DNA of 64,000 nucleotides from Eledone cirrhosa (lineage: Eukaryota), in the NCBI GenBank assembly GCA_964016885.1, contig OZ024742.1, forward strand, positions 39,866,001-39,930,000, written 5' to 3'. Both the position numbers and the translations under genes were made by a program. The notes beneath the pieces were generated by a model. That model searched no databases. It had not been told where the DNA came from and saw only the letters and a program-made list of their open reading frames with translations. Positions 55,156 to 64,000 of this stretch are shown here, piece by piece (the stretch's first letter is position 1; each line of letters opens with the position of its first letter).

Positions 55156-55974
55156 GAAGTAATCGTTCATTTCCTCAATACCACACATCTATTATGTTCT
55201 AAGAGTTGTTTGTTCAATGTCCCGTGTACGTGAGGTAGCCATTCACTTCCATTCTCTCCAATAATCCAGTCAACCCCACCCCGCCACCTTCATGATACAC
55301 AAACGGAGGTGTCAGACTTACAACTTTTATATATTTCGTGTGATATTATTTGTTTGTTTTTCATATTTTCTTTTATTACATTCATTATTTCGAATTCTTT
55401 CGTAAATTTGAAAACAGTCTATAATACAGATAACTATAATAATAGTTTGATAACTATATAAATAATTGTTTCTACTTTTGGCACAAGGCCAGCAATTACC
55501 CAGTGTATTACTGGTACTTTATTTTATCGACCCCCGTAAGGATGAAAGGCAAAGTTGACCTCGGCATCGTGTAATGTACTCTTGTAGATAGGAGAGAACA
55601 GAGGTGTCTATTTACTTTTCCTGTCACCGAGGATACTGTATTCGATTTATTCAACAATTATTAGAGGTTATCAACCATTATCTGCATTGACAACTATATT
55701 CTCATATTTCCAATTTCCCAATGCTTTCTTCCTTTTCCTATATTATATTATAATCGCTTTTGTAGATATTCCTGCTTCCACATTTTCCTCCAGCACACCG
55801 CTGTGTTCTAGAAAATTAGACTGACCATTTCATTTATATTTACATAGTTCTTGATATATATAGCGTTGCTATAGTACTGCGGTTCCCAGCCTGGGGTTTG
55901 CAAAGATAATACGTTTTTTACGGTTAAGATATTTGTACAAATTTTCAAGTACTTTGTTATTAATAGAATATAAG

Positions 55975-56312
55975 CATGTCTTAGTGGTTAGAGCGTCGGG
56001 CTTACAATCGCGAGGTTGTGAGTTCGATTCTCGGACCGAGCTTTGCGTTGTGTTCTTCAGTAAAACTCTTTATTTCATGTTGCCCCAGTTTACTCAGCTG
56101 TAGAAATGAGTTGCAACGTGATTGGAGCCAAGCTGTATCAGCCTTTGTCTTTCCCTTGGATAACATCGGTGGTGTGAAGAGGAGAGACTGGTATGTATGG
56201 GTGACGGTTGGTTTCCCTCAAACAACCTTGCTCGGACTTGTGTCTCGGAGGGGAACTTTCTAGGTGCAAATCCCATGGTCATTCGTGACCGAAGGGGGTC
56301 TTTACCCTTTAC
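55975..56312 (+). mobile_element. OR2-like SINE with a different tail
   Basis: Clear tRNA head (TTAGTGGTTAGAGCG...GAGTTCGATTC), core, tail ending TTTACCCTTTACC. Confidence 0.75.
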
Positions 56313-57214
56313 CATTTATAAGCATGTTATTGGGTATCTATTCTTCTCAAGGTATAAACATTGTAGCCTGGAGGTGGAGGGCGCCGTCGAAAACTAGTTT
56401 GAAAAATAGTAGTTCGGAGACGAAAGTTTAGAAGCGGTAGACTCAATAAGATAAACATACTCTCAGATTAGTTTCTAAAACAAAAACAGATGATAGAAAA
56501 AAATCAAACATAAAGACAGAACTAAACATTTAACGCTTTCATCACTATATTACTAATGACAGACGCTGTCTGGGGTGTTCAAATATTCAATTAATTTTGA
56601 AAATAATCAAGAATTTAGAGGGGTTTAGTAATGTAACTAAGTTTTTCATTATCCAACTTACCAAAGGTCCACAGATAAAATTATGACGGAAGATTTTCAG
56701 ATAAATATAAACACTTCAAAAAAGCGTTTTACATCATAAAATGCCATTCCTAATGCTAATCATTTTATAGAGTGTAATAAGTGCATTTTATAGCACATAC
56801 AGTCATACTATACAGAGTGTACTGGGTGCATTTTGTCGAGGCACCAACGCCAACAATTTAGAAAGTGGAAACATTAATTTGAATAGACTAACGTTTGGCT
56901 TTGATGTGACCTTTGGGCAACAGTATAAATCTAGGGTAAATGCAGAGGTGACTCACAACAACATGACACACGACGACTTTAAAGTAATACCAGAGAGGGT
57001 AGAAAGAAGGTTAGTCAGACAGACGATGAAGAATAGATCTATTATCAAAGACGTTCCAGCCGTGACCAATCAGTCTTTTTATTCAGATATAGTGTACAAT
57101 ATATGACAATATACAATGTAGTATTTCTGAACAAGATTTGACTGCTAACTCTAGCTGGCAGTATGACCATGTATAGGCTACTTTTATTTGCTCTATGATG
57201 ATGATAATGATTAT

Positions 57215-57590
57215 AAGTACCGGTCGCTCTCCGACAGGTTTGCGGTCGTGCCCTTGGCAGTGCAGACTTCTGCTGTCCTTGGCCCTAGGGCTACCTCCCT
57301 ACTCACCACCATAGGCGCTGAGCTGGCCAGCCGCAGGTGTGAGCCCCGCCAGTTGGAATGGCTCTTCCAGCGCATCTCCCTTACCATCCTCCGGGGAAAC
57401 GCATACTCCATTCTGTCCGTCGGGGCTGTGGGGCGGCCAGCACGTGGGGGGCCCCATTTGCTCACTATACAGAGAGATGGGGAGGGCGAGAGAGATGGAG
57501 GCGATGACAGTGGGAGTTCGGCTCTTCCACGTTCGGACCATATCCTTGTGGTTGTGTTCATTATATATAGAGTTCATTCTATTATTCAGT
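57215..57590 (+). mobile_element. 3' fragment of a CRE-clade non-LTR retrotransposon
   Basis: KY...FAVVPLAVQT...LGP...LFQRISLTILRGNAYSIL matches CRE endonuclease C-termini; GC-rich island. Confidence 0.75.
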
Positions 57591-57791
57591 TGTTATCGCC
57601 ATTACCTACATCAACAACAAACCAACACTAAGCAACTAATTCATGATTATAAGGATAATGTTATTGGCGGTGTCGGTGTTAGTTTTGGTGGTGATAAGAA
57701 TGTGGTGGTGATATAGGTGATGGTAAGAGTGGTGATTGTGATGATATAGGTGGTGGTAGTAGTGGTGTTAATTATGGTGATGTTATAGGGG

Positions 57792-57857
<66 letters not shown>

Positions 57858-58116
57858 CTGCTGATAGTGGTGGTAGTGGTTATGGTGGTGGTTCTGCTGC
57901 TGTTGCTGATAGTGGTGACAGGGGTGACAATGTTGATGAAATAATGAATGTAAAGTGGAGCAATGACGCGTACGAAAGAAATTCATTAAATTCATTCATT
58001 TGCCCGTCCATGGTAAACTAATTAGTGAAGTTAATTACTGCGGAATCATTGAAGATACTTAGTCTTTATTTAACTTGCGTGGGAGAAGGAATAAATTAAT
58101 CCACGAACAAAATACA

Positions 58117-58345
58117 GTAGACTGTAGTAAAGTATGGTAGACTGTAATGTAATAAAGTATGGTAGACTGTAGTGTAATAAAGAATGGTAGACTGTAGTAT
58201 AGTAAAGTATGGTAGACTGTAGTGTAGTAAAGTATGGTAGACTGTAGTGTAGTAAAATATGATAGACTGTAGTATAGTAAAGTATGGTAGACTGTAGTGT
58301 AGTAAAGTATGGTAGACTGTGATGTAGTAAAGTATGGTAGATTAT
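58117..58345. repeat. 25-bp minisatellite AGTAAAGTATGGTAGACTGTAGTGT, ~9 units
   Basis: Direct periodicity. Confidence 0.92.
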
Positions 58346-58465
58346 GGTGACTTGAATGAGTAAACATCATCAGACATACGATCCAAATATAGAAGATCGA
58401 ACGAAGAAATGAGTTAAGAAAGAAAGTATTGGGAAGATCAAGATCACCGAAACCCTTCTGTGGAT

Positions 58466-58653
58466 CAGTTGTTCCCAATGTGGGTTCCGTAGAACCCAAA
58501 GGTTCCACAAAGGAGGTGTGTCTGGGGTTCCGTGAAAAAAGGTAGAGGAATATATTAATATTCGGACCATATAACAGTATTAGACTTTGGGGTTCCCCAA
58601 AAAGTTTCTGAACCAAAGAGCGTTCCGCGTTTGAAAAAGCTTGAGAAACCCTT
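58466..58653. mobile_element. Degenerate hAT-like MITE
   Basis: CAGTTGTTCCCAA ... TTGAGAAACCCTT with GGGTTCC subterminal motifs. Confidence 0.55.
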
Positions 58654-58821
58654 CTCTGGATTATTGATGGAAAGGAACGAATATAGTCATATATGGAAGA
58701 TCCACCCCAGTAAGAAAGATATAAGAAGGGTGGGGAGGTAGTAGCAAGATGTTGGACTATATAAGTTGGCTGAGGACTGGAAAACATGGGTCTTTAATTT
58801 TTCTTTGAGGAGAGAGAGATT

Positions 58822-59018
58822 CCTAGGGCGTCGAGCACCATGCTTTGCAGTATAGAGTTACGCCCCTTTACGATCTGAGTACAAATCCTACCGAGGTTAG
58901 AATTGTCTTTCATTCTTACGGGGTAGGTAAAATAAAGAACCAGTAATGCACTGGAGTTCATTTAATCGACTTTCCCCTCCCCTTCAAATTACTGGCATTG
59001 TGCCTAAAGTAGAAACAA
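58822..59018 (+). mobile_element. OK-like SINE
   Basis: Matches family consensus. Confidence 0.85.
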
Positions 59019-59111
59019 TTATATATATAGGAATCGACTCCAAGAAGCGATCGCAGCGATGGCTGCTCAGGAGATTATATCTAATATGTGATACTCACCG
59101 TACATACATAC

Positions 59112-59578
59112 ATGATGACTGAAAACTCTGCTAAGAGTATTGCAATCGCTTGTCAGATTAGAGAAAATGGTGCACTTTTAAGCTACAGCCAGCCACATGA
59201 ACCTGTAACAGATCCTGAACAAACAATGTCTGTGATTTGAAAGTTTCTCACTCTCTGGGCATTGAAATCACTACCCAAAAAGGAGAACTGGTCAACATCA
59301 TCGGATGCTTCCGAAACGCAGGTTTTTTTTTCAGAGTTTCCCTCTCTGGGACCTTTCACACCCGGTGAAAAAAAAAAAGTACTATTTCGATGCCCGTTGA
59401 CTCTGCTGAGTTCATCCGCCCTTTGCCGGGTCTTGTATTTCATCCCGCAGGGTGTCCAAATATCACCCTCCTCACCAAGCAAGCTTGGTGGGGTTGCCGG
59501 TTTAGTCGCCAACGAACCGACCATGAGAGAGGTTGTACTGGATTACATGTTACCAGTAGCACTCGAGAGCCACTTGAC
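59112..59578 (-). mobile_element. X-related subfamily Y, apparently full length
   Basis: Shares the conserved 5' block; flanked by TACA repeats. Confidence 0.7.
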
Positions 59579-59634
59579 ATATATACAAACATACATACAT
59601 ACATACATACATGTATACATACATATATACAAAC

Positions 59635-60080
59635 ATGGTGGCTGCCAACTCGTTTTCGAGTACGGCCACTACTTTATATCCATGTAGGAGAACTCCCACC
59701 GATGCGCTGAACGAGTGTGACTTTTTAGTCCAGCCAGCGACTTGAAAACTCTGGTACAAACACTACACTTGTGACAATTATTGACACATAGTGCTGGGCC
59801 CATGGTACCATGTGACGACAAGTGCAGAGAGACCTCCAGATATAAAGCAATGCCTGTGCCGTGAAGCTTTTATAGTGAGCAAAGGCACTGCACAAAGCCA
59901 GTCCCACTCTCTTAACCAAGATGATATTTACCAAAAAGAAGAACAAGTCAACATCATTGGATACCATCAGAGTTGCAGGTGTTATATTAGAGTTTTCCTT
60001 CTCCTAGAATTCTGCCTTGACAAAGGCTAAGGGGTCATCTCTCCCGTTGATTTTGGATGGCCATTGACTCTTAAGAGCTC
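59635..60080 (-). mobile_element. Family X retroposon, truncated
   Basis: Near-identical to 42401-42846. Confidence 0.85.
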
Positions 60081-60618
60081 AAACACATACATACATACAT
60101 ACAAACATACATACATACAAACATACATACATACAAACATACATACAAACATACATACATACATACACACGCACGCACAACCAAAGCCAATATCGGGAAC
60201 ATTCCTCGTGACACAGTATATGACAAGGTTATCTCTTTCAATTACATGTATAACCCATTTTTGCCAGCTGAGTGAAAAGATAGTGTTTAGCTGAAGACCA
60301 CAACGTATCGCTCAGTCAGGGAATTGAACTCACGACATTGAGATCCTGGGCCGAAACCACTAAGCTCCGTACCTTCATAAATACATACATATGTGCACAC
60401 ACACACACACACACACAGCTTGTAAAGTGTAATATTGTTGTTAATAGAGTTGCCTGACTTACAGATGATTGCTCGCTGTCAAAAAGTTGAACAATAATTT
60501 CAATCTTGATATATTACTAAGTAGTGTATACCATCTAATCAGTTAGTATGTGTAATTTATTCACACATAAGTACACAATAGTGCTGTGTACTTATGTGTG
60601 AATGTATGTGTGTGTGAA

Positions 60619-60692
<74 letters not shown>

Positions 60693-60988
60693 CGCTAGCA
60701 TGTGTTTATCAGTGTCTAAGGTCGATAAACTAAGTACCGAGGTCAATATAATCGAATGAAACAGCCGAAAGTGATTATCCACCATGGCCGCAGTCCAATG
60801 ATATAATATGGCTGGAATCGACAAATGAACACAGACACACACACACACACAGACATACACACACACATACACATACATACACAGACACACACACACACAC
60901 ACACACACATACATACACACACACATAGACACACACACACTAAATGGAACTCCGTCAGCTTCGATGAGAAGTGTTCCAGTTGCTTATA

Positions 60989-61599
60989 AAATTAATGTGT
61001 AAGTCAGAGGTTTTCAAAGTGGGTGCTACCCCCACCCGGCGGGGCGTGGGGGTGAGAAGGTCCAGGGGTACTGAGGGAGCGGTAGAGATGATATACTCGT
61101 ATATTAAATATCAAATAGTACATATATATATAAATATGATAAAATTAAAAAATATATTTATTTATATATAGTATATATTATATTATTTATCATAGCGGTA
61201 GAGCGTCGGACAACATGCTTTGCGACGTAGAGTTATGGCCCTTTATGTTCTGAGTTCAAATCCCGCCGAGGTTAACTTTATTTTATCGACCCCGTAAGGT
61301 TGAATGGCAAAGTTAACCTCGGCGGGATTTGAACTCAGAACATAAAGGGCCATAACTCTACGTCGCAAAGCATGTTGTCCGACGCTCTACCGCTATGATA
61401 AATAATATAATATATACTATATATAAATAAATATATTTTTTAATTTTATCATATTTATATATATATGTACTATTTGATATTTAATATACTAGTATATCAT
61501 CTCTACCGCTCCCTCGGTACCCCTGGACCTTCTCACCCCTACCCCCCACCGGGTGGGGGTAGCACCCACTTTGAAAACCTCTGACTTACACATTAATTT
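60989..61599. repeat. 291-bp inverted duplication with a 29-nt inverted spacer
   Basis: Arms 60989-61279 / 61309-61599, about 5 mismatches. Confidence 0.95.
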
Positions 61600-61800
61600 A
61601 CCAGTAATGCCGTGGGGTAATTGCTGGCCTTGTGCCTAAAATAGAAACAATTATTTATCATATATAAATTGACGATTTTATTTATTATATATTATTTACA
61701 ATTTGCGTGTAGCCAGGTCTCTCTGGAAATAGGGGTGGGGTGCTGAGGGCATTACGTGTCCGTGAGGTGGGCAGTGGCCCAAAAGGTTTGAGAACCTCTA
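61005..61800. mobile_element. hAT MITE hosting a SINE and most of the inverted duplication
   Basis: TIRs CAGAGGTTTTCAAA / TTTGAGAACCTCTA; 8-bp TSD GTGTAAGT at 60997 and 61801. Confidence 0.85.
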
Positions 61801-62290
61801 GTGTAAGTGGATGAGCATTCTACTGACACTTGTTCATTTAAGGTAATTCTGAGGGAGATTTTGTAGGACAAATCATGTAACAGAGTTGACCCTTGGAATT
61901 ACCGGTACAGTACATCCTTCGGGATTCCTAACAGTTTCTCTTTAGCCCGTTTCACTCACGGGCATGGTTTGACTCGGGGGCTCTGGTAAATAACACTTGT
62001 ACAAGATTTGAACTTAGAGCGCAGAGAGCCGGAACAAATACCCCAAGATATTTTCTCCTGTGCTCTAAGAAGTCTGGTAATTCGCTAGCTATTTCTACCA
62101 TTCAAAAATGAGTAGAAACCAATAAGTCCAGAGGTAAACCACAGATGGTTATAAAACCATTATTATAACGTGTGGAAACCGGTGAGAAAGAAATGACCAG
62201 ATATTAAGGACGAGCAGGAAGTGACGGATGAGTTAGAGGTGTCTTTAGAAAGGCAACGAAACCTTTGCATGAACCAAAGAAAGAAATAAT

Positions 62291-62473
62291 TGTTTCTACT
62301 TTTGGCACAAGGCCAGCAATTACCCGGTGCATTACTGGTACTTTATTTTATCGACCCCGTAAGGATGAAAGGCAAAGTTAACCTCGGCGGGATTTGAACT
62401 CAGAATGGCAAGGGCCGTAACTCTTCGCTGCAAAGCATGGCGCCCGACCCTCTACCGATACTGCCAATCCACC
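62291..62473 (-). mobile_element. OK-like SINE inserted in the tail of an older copy (62482-62672)
   Basis: TSD GAAATAAT at 62283-62290 and 62474-62481. Confidence 0.9.
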
Positions 62474-62703
62474 GAAATAATGGTCTCTAATTTAGACACA
62501 AGGCCAAACAATTTCGATTACATTACCATAAGTACTTGACTATTGGTTTATTTTATTGGTCACTGAAGGATAAAAGACAAAGTTGACCATCATAGGATTT
62601 GAACTCAGAATGTAAATGCCCCGTAACTGGATGTTATGAGGCATTTTGTCTGACGTTCTATCGATTCTGCCAAGATATCAAAAGAGGTTATCCCAGAAAA
62701 GGG

Positions 62704-62744
<41 letters not shown>

Positions 62745-62765
62745 CTATATATATATATATATATA

Positions 62766-62847
<82 letters not shown>

Positions 62848-62850
<3 letters not shown>

Positions 62851-63045
62851 GTACATACATATATGTGTACAGACGTACAGTAGTATGTATATATATATAT
62901 ATATATACATACATGCACACATATATATATATATGTGTACGTATGGGTTTACCGAAAATTTATTATAATGTTCCGTTTGTTTGTAAACAAACAGCCCGAA
63001 TTACGCCGTACGTAAGAGTGAGAAATGAAATTCGTTTCATTCTTT
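62848..63045. mobile_element. Rearranged copy of the 452-bp unit
   Basis: Matches 15597-15757, then switches to the inverted start of the unit. Confidence 0.75.
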
Positions 63046-63062
63046 TCCATATATATATATAT

Positions 63063-63133
<71 letters not shown>

Positions 63134-63820
63134 TTAATTAAAAGGTCACTGAAAAAGCACATATATATATGTGTATGTGTGTGTGTGTGTATGTGTGTGT
63201 GTGTGTGTGTGTGTTTGTTTGTTTGTGTGTCTGTGTGTATGTGCGTGCGTGCGTGCGTGTGTGTGTGTCTGTCTGTGTGTGTTTGTTTGTTTGTGTGTCT
63301 GTGTATATGTGTGTCTGTGTGTGTGTGTGTGCGTGCATGCGTGTATGTATGCCATTTCTGTGACCTTTTAATTAACCATCGAAAAATATTTATTCTCATT
63401 TTTTCCTTCTTTTTTCGTTTAATCAATTATTTTTTCAACGGCAAAACGATTTTGACAGGAAGAAAATATGTTTCACATGAAACCAATCTTCGCAATGGAA
63501 TAGTCGATGAGGTGAATGGTGAGGTTGGAGGCTAGTTTAAAAATCTATAAATAGAATTGTTGCAATCACATGGTTATAATCGTTTTTGCCGCCTGTCTAA
63601 AGTAACCACAAGCTACATCATCACTGCGAACTTATTTTATCGAGTAATGGTGTCGCAGACGCTGATTAGATCGAAGACGCAAAAAGCTAGATAAAACAAT
63701 AGTTGTGTTGCAATTATATTTGATTATCACCGATATTATGTTACCGTAAGGTCAATGACAATTATTTTAATATTTGTTGTTATTTCTTTTTTAAATTAGA
63801 GTATTTATGTACAAAGAACT

Positions 63821-64000
63821 ATAATAATAATGAAATTATTGTGTACAGTGCTCAGGTGCACTACAACTCATCAACGGTGCATGTATAGTGCATAGAATAA
63901 TATACAAATGTCAGTGAAGTGAATAGTGTATGAGTCATGATATACATGTGTGCGCGTGTTGGCGAATCTAGGAAGCATGGAGGTTTGTAAGTATGTAATG
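63821..64000 (-). mobile_element. Probable CR1-type LINE 3' end
   Basis: (ATT)n tail with hairpin TG(C/T)AC-CTGAGCACT-GTACA; runs off the window. Confidence 0.5.

Noticed and set aside
55975-56040. Possible tRNA gene
   Set aside because: It is a SINE head followed directly by SINE core sequence.
58345-58385. Minus-strand CTGATGA beside the 25-bp minisatellite
   Set aside because: No stem II-GAAA or stem I partner found, so not a second split hammerhead.
60450-60490. 13-nt minus-strand microexon between TTTTTGACAG and GTAAGT
   Set aside because: Not frame-preserving and easily produced by chance.

Overview
AT-rich, repeat-saturated eukaryotic DNA, intronic or intergenic. The tRNA-derived SINEs resemble the octopus OK/OR1/OR2 families, so an octopod cephalopod is likely (inference). 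No complete host gene is visible; there is one candidate small minus-strand exon. Coding sequence is retroelement-derived: a 5'-truncated but stop-free Tx1/L1-type ORF2 in (TA)n, a stop-free 5'-truncated R4/Dong-type RT plus restriction-like endonuclease ORF and three more Dong fragments in a (TACA)n cluster, a Penelope GIY-YIG fragment between inverted pseudo-LTRs, and CRE, mariner and RTE relics. There are also many SINEs, hAT/piggyBac/pogo MITEs and a non-autonomous Helitron. Hidden structure: (i) about 10 loci carry minimal type-I hammerhead ribozyme motifs of Penelope type; (ii) a 3.7-kb 20-mer minisatellite sits exactly in the stem-III position of one such hammerhead; (iii) a ~600-bp non-coding retroposon family occurs only in (TATG)n, antisense to the Dong elements; (iv) a SINE family has target-site duplications that all begin ATTA and a tail matching a Dong 3'UTR motif; (v) a 291-bp inverted duplication has the geometry of a replication template switch. 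All folds and alignments were done by eye.
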